Shown: positions 26,475-39,000 of the stretch, piece after piece
How the letters are laid out: each line of letters begins with the position of its first letter
Numbering within the stretch: the first letter of the stretch is position 1
Assembly (NCBI GenBank): GCA_977016875.1
Contig: CDRNST010000204.1
Coordinates: 3,534,001 to 3,598,000, forward strand
DNA length: 64,000 nt
DNA from: Pavona decussata
Taxonomy: Eukaryota
Direction: 5' to 3'
Translations under genes and position numbers: made by a program
The notes under the pieces: model-generated
What the model was told of the DNA's origin: nothing
Databases searched by the model: none
Seen by the model: the letters and a program-made list of their open reading frames with translations, nothing else

Positions 26475-29400
26475 GCGCGCGCTCTTGGAATAATTGTTAA
26501 ATGTTTGACAGAATTATTTGCGTTTTAGTAAGAATTTACGGTAGGGGACATCTTGTGATGTCAGACATTTAATGCATCTCATTGGCGTTCATTTGTGGAC
26601 ATCACCTCACAAATGTCAAAGAACACCTCAAGAATTCAGAAAAATGCAAAGATTGTGAAACGGCATGCGTATGGCTCAAAGGGTCTGTTGTGACTTATTT
26701 AAGCATAAAAATTCGAATACAAACAGGCGCGAATTCAATATCTGGGTCCACCACGTACATTAATACGATAAACAAGACGTGAAAGAGGCTCAACATTTTT
26801 TACGATTACCACAAAAAACCAAACTTCTGCTAAGGAAAGGGATATTAGAAAACTTAGGGGGTATATCGTCTAGTCAATTTATTTGATAGCCGAAAGCTCA
26901 CGTTTTTAATCTTTTTAACCAGAGAACGTTTCTTAATCCAATATGTCTTATCCTTGTTACAGCTCTATTTTTACTAGTATATTTTAGCTTATTTTGTTTG
27001 GTAGCCTTTTCTAGTACTTGTGTGAGCCCAAGGTTAACGCACGCGTGCCGATTTATTGGGCCGAATTTTGTTTGGCCGATTTAGCATGAGTTGATTTACA
27101 CATAACGATTTATCACATCAAGAAAGTGAATAAGTGGACGAAATCGACCCGATTGATAAAACTTGATCGCAATGGAACTGCTTGTATAAACCTTGCTAAA
27201 AATGAAATCTGTCAAAGAGCAGCAGAATTTATAAATCGAGCAGATCTTAAGCCCGCGCTATATCAGTAAAAAAAAAAAAAAAGAAAGCTCAGGCCGACAA
27301 TTTGCAGTGTGCATACGAATAAGCCAACTAATCGGATCGATTTACATTCCTTTGCTGAAACATTTTCCGTATCTCCAAGGATCTCCAAGTTAGTCAGGGT
27401 TCCCAGTGTTAACGACATATTTGCCTCCTTCTATTCCTGTGTGGCGGGCGATTAAAGTCACGATTCCGTTTTTCATTACGTATTAATCTGAATTTCTGCG
27501 AAAAGATTCCACTACTGAACTGTTGCGTGCCCCGAAACAGACTGCAGTAAAACATGTCATGCGGGATCCGTTTGCAGACACGTCATATCTCGAAAGAAAT
27601 TTAATTAAAAGCTTGCAAAAAAGAACTTTTAGGCGCAAGGATTATAACACTTTCGCGTTAAAATTAACGCCGCAAGCGAGACAGAAGAAATGCCAGAATG
27701 GGTTCTATTACATTGGAATGCTCCGAGTTATTTGACGTCCCGTGGAGAAACCAGGCAAATTGCCTGGTATCTCCAAGGGGTGCCGAAGTTTTATCTTCGT
27801 TGCTAAGAACCTCTGGCTCGTTATGACTGGAGTAACTGGACCTCATGGCCAAACTGTAACAAGCCGTGTAATCAAGGAACCAGAACTAGGAAGCGACTTT
27901 GTAACAATCCTGAACCAGCTAATGGCGGGAAAAACTGCGAGGGTTCAGCAACCGAGAGCGATTCCTGTAACCCTAATCCCTGTCCAGGTGAGTGTATTCC
28001 TTTTTGTTTTCGATAAATTTTAGTAAGGCTAGGATTGTTATAGCAATCGCCACGGTGATAGCCGTGATAATAAGGATCCTAGTAGCACACCATGTGTGAT
28101 CAGGNNNNNNNNNNNNNNNNNNNNNNNNNNNNNNNNNNNNNNNNNNNNNNNNNNNNNNNNNNNNNNNNNNNNNNNNNNNNNNNNNNNNNNNNNNNNNNNN
28201 NNNNNNNNNNNNNNNNNNNNNNNNNNNNNNNNNNNNNNNNNNNNNNNNNNNNNNNNNNGGTTCAAAGGCGCTTTACAAGAATGACTTCACAAAAAACTTA
28301 ACTAAAGAGTTATTGAAATGCTTTTTTAAAAAGAAAAGTTTTAAGATTATTTTTAAAAACGGACACTGAGGAACTGTTCCTGATATCAGATGGCAGCGCA
28401 TGCCAAAGTGAGGGGGCTGCCACACTGAAAGATTTTGCTCCGTAAGTTTCCAAATTAAAAGGTGGAATAAAAAGAAGGTTTTTTCGATGATGAGCGTAGC
28501 TGACGAGATGGAGTGTATGGTATTAGTAAATCGCGAATGTACGAAGGTGCCAGATTGTTATAAGCCTTGTATGTGATGAGTACAATTTCAACTATTAGAA
28601 TTACAATGTTAAACAGAATAACTACTTCCCCATGGATGGAATGCCAGTTACTGGCAGGGTGTAGACTCCAGTACTCATTAATACAACTGGACAGAAAAAG
28701 CCAATGAAAGTTAAATGTCTTTTCAAATAGGTAAGGTAACTCTTGGTTGCGGTCCAGTACGATTACTTAACCGTCATGCTTCAGATCTTACAGTTTATTG
28801 GTTTATATGAGTAGATTGCAAGAAATGATTGTTGAGATCCAGAAAAATTGTGCTGAGGACTAAGTGCTAACATCCTTGTGTGATTTGGAAGAATCATATG
28901 GTGACGGTGCAATAGCGTCAACCTGTTCCCAGGGTGTCTCCTCTTCATGTCCCAGGGAGCGAAGAGAGAACCCGGGAACGAGATTGCAATAGCGCTGAGA
29001 AGCACGGGAAAGTAGGCTACATCAGTTACATCAGGGCGAAAGCCCTTGTACTGTCTGTTAGTTTCATGCAATAAAAATTAAATTGTTAATAGAAAGGTTA
29101 CATCAGCGCAGACTGTCGTCAAATGCTCCGGTGAAGCATTCTTTTCTGTACATACAATGTACACAAGATAGAAAAATTTAATTTACACTTAGAAGTTAAT
29201 TCTATTTGAATTGTTTCAGCTGAAGAGGTAAACTACGAGATCAGATTTTCAACTAAAGTATGGAATGACGACCTATCCAGTCAGAGAAGCAAAAACTACA
29301 GAGAATTTGTAGCTGAGATTTATAATAAGGTAAATTTCGCAGCTGTTACCTTCCTTTTGTCCAAGATGTCGCTGGGTGGACGTCCCAAATGTTTTTCTTT

Positions 29401-29993
29401 ATCTGCACTTGCATAGTAAATTAGCTGCTTTGATCTGCAAGGCGATATCATTCAGAATTCTGAAGACGATCATTTCTCTAGCAAGAAGTCCTTGGTGTCC
29501 TATAATTACATAATGCCACGTGACAATTATCCAATTATCACTAAATTCGTGTCCACTGATTAAATATAGGGAATCCGCCATATTGGTTTGCCAAAAAGGA
29601 ATCCTTTGAATTTTGTTATTTTCCTGAAAATCAAGTTATGACTAATATCACTTGTGATTGATAGAAATACTTAATATTAATTAATTAGTTAATTTATTTA
29701 TTAAATATAGAAATCTACTAAATGAATTAATGAATAAATGTATGATTCTAGCGGTATTGAAAAGAGACCTGATGAAAACTTGTACGCTTTTCGTGAAACG
29801 AGTCCATAAAACGACTTTCCTAGGCCCCGAAGAGGTTCAGAATGATGCTAAGAAAAGAAGGAAAGGAGAAAAAAAGAGAGGAGAGAGACAAAACGACTAC
29901 ACGACCTTGTGATTTTATATTGACTACTTCATACCACACTTTCAACAAGCATGACTCGAGGCAGGCTCGTTTTAAAAAATTTTGGTAGATGAA

Positions 29994-30044
<51 letters not shown>

Positions 30045-33000
30045 ATAGTGAAAGGGTATTGTTGTTCTATGTTTCATATTTCAGACGGTGAATTTTTACA
30101 GAAAAAAAAGTGAAAGTGTAATGGACGTCGAAGTCTTAAAGTTAAGGTAACGTTTTTGTGCTGAATGTTTGAGGGACTCGAGAGACAGTGATACATTAAA
30201 AATAATTTTCGAAAATTTATGTGGGTTTTACATATTTATTTAACTGTCTAGTACTTTTTTGGCTACTTTTTTTCAATTGATCGATAAGGTAAATTAATTA
30301 TGGACAGGGTCGCCACAGTTTATTAGTTTCCGAATTTATCCCATACTGTACGTATTCGAGTGGTTGGTTAAGTTTGTCTTGAATAGACTGCGTCTGCCTT
30401 TTACATCTCACCAAGAGCACTGCTAGATCAAAGCTAGAAGTACCCTGTTAAGTTCGTGACCTGATTAATACGAATCATGGCTTCAATTTTAGGAAATATT
30501 TCTTATTATCGTCATAACTGAACTCAAAATTTAACCTTGGGAAGTTAAGTTATACAAACATTTTTTAATGAAAAACTCCAGACAAGCGTTGAAATGGGAA
30601 ACTTTGATCTCGGATTTTTTCTACGGCAAAGCAAAAAGCAAAAAACAATTCCAAAACCAATTCGTCCTTAATTCGAATCCAAAAAAGTTTTCTTCTGTGA
30701 ATAACTAGCTGCTAGAGCATTAGTTTGATTGTGTCTTCCTTTTCTAGTCCAGGAAGCGTCATCGCCAGTTTGAATGTAAGTTACTCAGCGGTAGACTCGC
30801 TACAGATTGTCTTACTGCAAGAAGAACTTGCTGGAGGGCGATTAGGAGATACTCCGGCACAGTTACTCAGTATTACTTCCACCAATCATGGTAAGTCGTA
30901 CCAGCGAGAACAAAATCACTCTCTGAGTTGTCTGATAATTGGTAGATTAAACGTTTTCCCACTATGATCAGCTGTAAAATCACATCCGCTTAATAGCAGT
31001 TGTCCTTGATAGGATATAATTGACCGCAGTGGCGCTATTTTTTCTATTCTGGATTTCTTTACTGGATGTAGCTTAACCCCCAGTACAGAAGGAACGTGTT
31101 TGCTTTGACCTTCAATCTCCCCCTCTTTTCACAAAAATGGCGTTTGTTGGTTGTTGTTGTACTTCGTTATTGATCAACTTTGATCAAGGGACTGCAGAGT
31201 GTCTGCTTTGCCTGAACCATGATAATGAGTCACGGTTAACCCTATTGAGGATTGGGGAGGATAAATCTTTACATGTTTATGCCACATTAGCATTTGTTTA
31301 CTACATTCAATGATTTTGGGTTTAATTATAACGGCTCTCCGAGGTTTCGGAGAAACCCATCAATCCAAGATGGCGGCTGTGAAGAATCAATGACGTATCT
31401 CCCACGTCATATCAAGTCATCGTCTTCATTTTGCGGAAAGTAAACAGTTTTGTACGTGATTTTTACCCTCCAGGTTTTGAATGTCATAGATTTAATACTT
31501 TTCCCTGTTTCCTACAGTACCAAGCGAGCCTCCTGTAATAACAGCAGCAAACAGTTCCACTTCAACGTCCATCGAGCTTAAATGGACAGAAGTTACTCAA
31601 TTAAATGGGGCACCACTTCTTGGCTATGGGATTATATACAAGAGAAATAACGAAAACTTTAGAAGGGAGATCATGAAATCGGTGTCACAAACACCTCGTG
31701 AAGCAGAATTAGAGAATTTACAAAAGTTCACAGAGTACACTATACGTGTATATGCCTTCACCCGGTATGGAAACGGTGTGGCAAGTCAGCCAATAGTGTT
31801 AAGAACACAAGAAGACGGTAAGAAGTTATGTCTCTTACCATCTGCATATGTCTGTCACATGTCTATCACGTGTCTGCAATGTCTATAGATGTCCGACGCA
31901 CCTATCACCTGCCTCTTCCATAATTGTTACATGTCTTTCATAAGGCAGTCACATGTCTGTTACAACTTTATGTAGTCCTCATATTCAAGCCTTTATTTGC
32001 TATCCTCGCATAGTGTCACCACATGTACGATCGGTCCAGATGTATAATTTATACCAACCAGAAATTACTGTTGTTTCTGGAATGAACTTTCAAGCTTCGA
32101 GCTCATTGTAATTTCAAGGCCTATTTGGTTCCTCAATCCAGGTACATGTCTAATCAGGTTTCTAGTGAGAATAAAGCAACCATTGTATACCCTTATTAGG
32201 GTACGTAGCAACTTCACAAGTACTATTTACACAACAGGGTAAACAGGCAAAAAAAAAAAATACAATGTCATGAAAGAATTACACGAGTTGTTCAAAGAGC
32301 GAATAAGTAGATAAATCTGGAAAAGTCACTTTTCCACTAAAACAAGAAATCACTTATCTACTGGATAAAGTTGTCCACTCTTTGGTCATTTCGGGGCTGT
32401 TGAACTGTGAATAACCACAGCTATTTTATTTCGTTATTACCATCAGTTCCAAGTCAATCACCACCAAACATCGTTGTCCGATCCACGAGTTCCCGCACAA
32501 TTGATGTGTCTTGGGAACCAATCAATCCAGCTCACGTACATGGAATTCTCCTGGGTTACCAAGTCAGGTTTGCGAAGGATGATGGACCATCACTGACCTG
32601 GGTGACGAGGGCGTTGGGTCCTAACACTCACAAAATAACTTTAAGTCACCTGTGGTATTTCTCACCGTACAGGATTTTGGTTTGTGCCAGGACATCCAAA
32701 GGCTGCGGCAAGGAATATTTCGCTATATCTTATACGTGGGACGATGGTAAATACTAACGTGTTGTGTTAAATGTTGATATGTGTGACTTTTAGAAAAGGG
32801 ATAGAGGAGAGTAGGTTTGGTTATGTACCTAGCAATGTTTAGCCTTGGGAGGGGGTTGGGGGATCGAGACCGGACATGGGCGGGTCAGTTTTTTGTTGAA
32901 ATAACCCACTACAGGTATTAGTGGATGGTGTTCCCAATAAGGCAAAAAATACTGTCAAATCTCTCGGATATCACAGACCTCTGTTATCACAGAGAGGCCT

Positions 33001-36000
33001 CAGCGAAGAGCAACTGCTCAATAAGTTCTCATACAGGCCTATAACTAATCATGTTTTTCTCTCTCTGTTAAGTCCCCACCAGGCCCCCGCAGAGCGTCAT
33101 AGCTCAGAACCTTACATCCGAATTCACCATTAATGTCAACTGGAGCCCAGTGCCTGACGGTCATGTCAACGGCCCATTGATGGGTTATTCTCTGAAATAT
33201 CAAAGAGTTCAAACCGCTGAGAGGGCAGTATCTGACACAGAGGAACATACCTTGATTTTCAAAGCCAGCGAACTTTCTACTGTTCTTAAAGTTCAAACTT
33301 ACTCTACTTATCGAATAAAGGTGGCCGCGTTTACACAGAAAGGACTGGGACCTTATAGTGAATATGTGTATGCTGGTGAGTTGGTCGTTGTTTAAATTAA
33401 TAAAGTTAGTTTAAATATAAATGAGCTTCTATGTCTGCAGACGATAGCTTTGAAATACGAACGTTTTTTGACGTCATCTGTGCGTTATCAGGTGTACACG
33501 CACGGCAAAATTAATTCTGTATGTAATCTCGTACCCAGATCTCACTCTGCAGTTTTGAAAACGTGGGAGATCTGGGTACAAGATTAATCTGTAAGTTTAC
33601 TGAGTTACTATTGGATTGAAATTGTCTTTCTTATTCGCGCCTTGTTTGTATTTAAAGAAACTTGTCGTTGCCCCAAAGAGCTCTACACAAACTTCTGGTC
33701 GACACCTCCATATTTGGAAGTTAACGAAAAGAACAAGGAAATTGAAGGAATTTTTAGCGGGATTATTACAGAAATGGTACACACGGCTTGCGGGCATTGT
33801 CCCGCACACGGTGATACCATAATCGAAATATCAACGAACGGAAAAGGAGAACCTTCAGCTAAGAAAGGTGTCCTGGAAGTCCTCAGAGACATCGAGGAAG
33901 TTCCACAAATCAGTTTTTCAATCTACGGCAACAAATACATCACAAAATACCTGGGGAATTATGCGTACATCAACCTGGTGGAGTCACCTGGGGTGGCCTT
34001 TATTGCGGCTACCAAGGCCCCTGGCCACGCTGCTCTAAATATAATAAATGCAGTATTGGACACTGTTCCCCTGATGGTGATGTCAGCGTGCATGGCGTTC
34101 ATACCTGGATTTATTATCTGGCTCATGGTAAGTCCGACACACCAGGATGTACCTTTTTTTAATGTGCCAGAGGGTTAGCTCTGCTAGATAAGGGCAGAGC
34201 AAGATATATATCTAAAACCATTTTATAGGCTGATCGGCTCTCTTTATAATAGAGAAGAATTGTCTGCCTGGGACAAATTTGAGTAAGCTACGTTCATTTT
34301 TCTGGCGCCTCTGATCCTTGATCGTTGATCGTTGGGCACAAGACAACTTGAAGGAAGTGCTATGCTTGTGGATGCTTTATCCGTCTTTCACCTATCTTTA
34401 TAGACTGTGCTATACTAGGGTGCCACTAAACGCATAGTTAGAGTAATTAAACGTTGTTTACCTACATTTGTCCCATATAGATTACGCACCTCTGCAACGT
34501 AGAGAGAAAATTATCCTTATAATGTCATGATGAGCTATAATGATCTTAATCTTCGTTATCCCATTGTTTAACAATAATAATTTTAAGATTTAAGTTTGAA
34601 AACTTACAGACTGAGATAAATTCCTTTCAACATGGAAACCAATTAAGGCTATTCTATACCATTTGATATCACTTCATTCTGTTCTATGTGATTCCTTAAC
34701 CATTACTCATTTTCGGCTGTGTAAGTATTACATGTGGAAAAGACAAGGACGATGTCGCAAGATGCTTTGTATTGGTCGAATTGAGGACTGAGACTTGATT
34801 TGAAGGAACAGAGGACTGAAAAATTACACTCTGCATTGTACTCCATTGATTACCTATAACGTGTCATGATTGTGTACATTCCCCACGTGACTCCTTGCAG
34901 GACTCGAAGTACAACCTTGGTGAATTTCCACCCAGTTTTGTGAAAGGCGTTGGTGAAGGATTCTGGTGGTCATACATCTCCATGACAACTGTTGGGTAGG
35001 AATCACATGTCAACAAGATACGACATTAGCACAATAACTATAAATTGTTAATGCTAGTATGGTAATGATTTAAAATAGATCAAACGAAATTTAATTGGAT
35101 AACACCAGTTACTTTTTGATAAAAGTTGAGACTTGAGACTTCCGAATTACAATTTCAGCCCCTCAACTCTGTTATCCGTTCCCTATACTTAAAGGAACTT
35201 TCCCCTGAGAAGATTCTAGGGATCATTAAGATTATCAATGCTTATTACTTCTTAGTGTCCATTAAATTGTGATGTCACTGATATAAAACCCAGCATGCAT
35301 AAGTTTTAGTATCATTAGTCATCATTTAGAATGAAAATCTTCCCAATATGTGTCACAGCATATCTTTGATGTTCATATTCCTGTGCTATTTTTCTATCAG
35401 TTTAAGCAAGGTTAGCTAGTTCTGTGGCAATTTCACATTGCTCGCCAAATCTCGTTTTATTGCCATATTATTTTGCAGCTATGGCGACCGAGCGCCCAAA
35501 TCAATTCCTGCCCGTATTTTTGGTATAATATGGACACTCACTGGACTCGTTATTATCTCAATACTTGTTGGCGCAATTGCCTCATCACTAACAACTGTTA
35601 CTGTGGAACAGGATATCATGCTCTACGGGACAGAGGTAAGGTCAATCAATATTCTCCCCACAAGGGGTGGGGAAGGGAGGTTTGACACGGTGAAGAACTG
35701 ATGGAGTGAGTCGGTGTTGAGGTTCTTAGAGGAGAAACGAGTATTTTTTTGTCATGAAAGGTATTCGTCATCGTGGTTTGAAATGATAGATCAAAATTAA
35801 TCGTTTGTCTCACGATTGTGTAGCAAAGCTGTTGATCGCGTCGTTTCGCCCGCTTTACTGCTGGTGTCAACTGGCTATGTTTTAATTTTTTGCATGTAAG
35901 AGAATTCTCTGCATTTTATTTTTGAGTTCAAAACAATAGCCTATGACGTCATTGGTGTTAATTTATTTTCCCGCAAAATAACCGGACCAAACTGACATCC

Positions 36001-39000
36001 CTACCATACTACAACCATTTCAGTTTTCTGGCTTATTTTCCTTTTCAGATTGGTGCCATTCAGCACTCTGTGGAATATCGTCTTGGAATTCTCAAGAACG
36101 CGAAAGTAAACACAAGTAAGCAATCATTTTTTACATCTAACACAGTGATGCAGTAGCCAACGTTTTCTTGGGATATCTACTTAAGCACAAGTGAACGAAA
36201 AGCTAAACGAAATCAACCAAAGATTGGCGTTAGTAATGGAACATAATCGCACATCTCATTTGGTGTGAACTCATTTCGTGTTAAACTTGAACCAAGGCCA
36301 AAAATATCAGTAGTGTTGGACAGCCAAACTGGGTGTCCGTTTGACGCTGGATTAAAAGTGAATGTTTCTTGACAATCTTATTTCTTTGCAATGGACTATT
36401 GTTTAGAAACAACACTTAGGGTCTCTCTTATGTTGGGGATGGTTTCGTGAATCTGTCTCGTGCAGGTCTTTCTCTTCGTTAAACTGAAAAGTTTAGACTG
36501 CAGCTTTTAAGCTAAAGTTGGGATTCCGACTTAGACAAAATGTAAGGTAAAGAATTTATAGGAACCAACATCGTGGAACTCTAGACTTGAATTCAATGCT
36601 GGCATTTATTAAAACTTGGTTAGCGTTACCATGCTTAAGTATTGACAGACTTTTCTTCTTCTTTCCATTCAAAGAACGCCAGTACAGCAATGTGGAGGAA
36701 ATTCGAACGGCACTGGAGGAAGGCGAAATCCAAGGAGCACTGCTAGACACTTACGTAGCCGCTGAGCACAAAGAATCACTTCTTGGCGGCAGGGTGTTCG
36801 TGAAAAAGATTCTTGATCGACCGTTTGGTTATGGAGTGGTGCTGTCAGGGGCGGCAAGGAACGTGGAACAAAGATGCAGGGATTACATCAACATGAAAAT
36901 CAGTGACATATTTATCATCATCCAGAATATGACAAAGACATTAGACGTAAGTCACATAAATTTTCCGCAGACGAACCTTCCGGCGTACGCTTACATTATA
37001 TTTAAGATCGTGTAAATTTAGGGCCAAATAAGGGATGGTTGACCATAGTTTACGACAATTAATATACCTGTGTATCGGTTACTAAGTGCGTCATTTCTCG
37101 GCGAGCTGCACGCGTGTCTAGTCTTTGCTATATACCTTATTGACACTGTTTACAGTAGGCAACATTTAACTAGCCGGATTGGCCAGATTTATATCGGTTC
37201 AGACTGCGCTTAACCCCTTACGAACTTCGTTTAAGGACGGTGCCTACTCACTAATACCTAAGAATTTTTGCGTGGTTTATGACTATGCGGGAAAAGCAGA
37301 TCTTAGCAAGAGCTATGGAAATCCAAAAAGAAAATTGGGAACATCCACACATTATTTTAGAGATAATTAAGCAACAGTTATTCTAAAAATCAGTAAAATA
37401 CAAAGCAATGTGTGGCATTTTCTTCCAAATTGAAGCTGAATTGTCTCTGAAAAATGCTTGGATGCCCCCAATTTTCTTTTAGGAAACCAAGTGCACTTGC
37501 TAAGTTCTGCTTTCTCCTCATAGTTTTAATTAAACCGCGGAAAAATATCCCTGTGTTAGTAGGCACCACCAATAGGAAACCCGAGTATCACGAGATGCGC
37601 AGAACGTATGCGAAGTAACAATAGTAGGCACCGTCCTTAAATAAGCGGCCCTATGGCCCTGTGGATTTTAGATGGAGAGGAGGAAAACATAAACGTGCCT
37701 AAATGAACTACAGGTCAGTCTACAGCTGGCAAATATACGCAACAACAACAACAACAAGCAGATCAGGAAATTAAGTTTAGACCTTTGAATTACCTTCCAA
37801 GGAAATTCGATTTAAACCCTTGAAAATTTTACGTTTTACGCNNNNNNNNNNNNNNNNNNNNNNNNNNNNNNNNNNNNNNNNNNNNNNNNNNNNNNNNNNN
37901 NNNNNNNNNNNNNNNNNNNNNNNNNNNNNNNNNNNNNNNNNNNNNNNNNNNNNNNNNNNNNNNNNNNNNNNNNNNNNNNNNNNNNNNNNNNNNNNNNNNN
38001 NNNNNNNNNNNNNNNNNNNNNNNNNNNNNNNNNNNNNNNNNNNNNNNNNNNNNNNNNNNNNNNNNNNNNNNNNNNNNNNNNNNNNNNNNNNNNNNNTCAC
38101 CAATAGTGGTATACAGAGAGCTGCTGGTCTAAAATCCTTAATTACAATAATTACTAAATTAATAAGAGGCTAAACAATATCAAAATTAAATAGCACTAAA
38201 AATGTTATAATAGTAAAAAGATTTCAAAAATTCACATCTAAAATTGGATATAGTCTTGGAGGTCCTCAGGTCTCTGGCTAAAGTATTCCAGTCTTTGGAG
38301 GGATGGTCACACGTTCTTTGCTTTCCCAAATTTCGTTTTGCAGATGGAAATCTAAGGTCGTCCTTGCTACGTGTACTGCTATACACATCACTGTTTCTCA
38401 GTTTTCTTACAAGTTTTACCTGTATTATTAAGAAAATGGTGTGAGGTTTTTTTAGCATGTTAAAGCAAAACGCAAATGTGAAATTACTCTCAACACTCAA
38501 ATGAAAACTACTCTAACCAATTTCTTTACCTTGATTGTGATTCGCAGGCGCCCGCCTCTGATGCAGCGGTGGAACAAAGTACAGGGTTATTCGACGGCTC
38601 GTCACAGATGTTCCTTATGTCCGTCACTATTCTGTGCTGTCTCCTTGGGGCTGCTTTTATGGCTGGACTCTGCTATCATTTTTTTGTATATGTTCCACGT
38701 AGAAACAAAGGTATGATAATTTGTCGTAAAAGTGTGATCCGAGGCTGCATTTATCAGTGTGGCCGCAAATGAAAACTGTTGAGAGTGCTCTCTTAAAGAT
38801 TGATCTTCACCATTATGGATCGTGTTAGAATGGACTCTGCTGTTGACAAGTGCTGTCTTTGTTTTCAATTCTCCCAGAAAAACTCTATCAGTTGAAACAA
38901 AATGTTGTTACTATCGTTCGGCACCTGGTTATCGGGCCAATTTAAGACCTCACAAACATTTTTCAGATTGGCTTGGAATGATATTCGCTCGATTAAACTG

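Noticed and set aside
33658-36946. GluR0-like channel as bacterial contamination
   Set aside because: It is split by canonical spliceosomal introns conserved in both paralogues and fused to metazoan EGF, TSP1 and SEA exons
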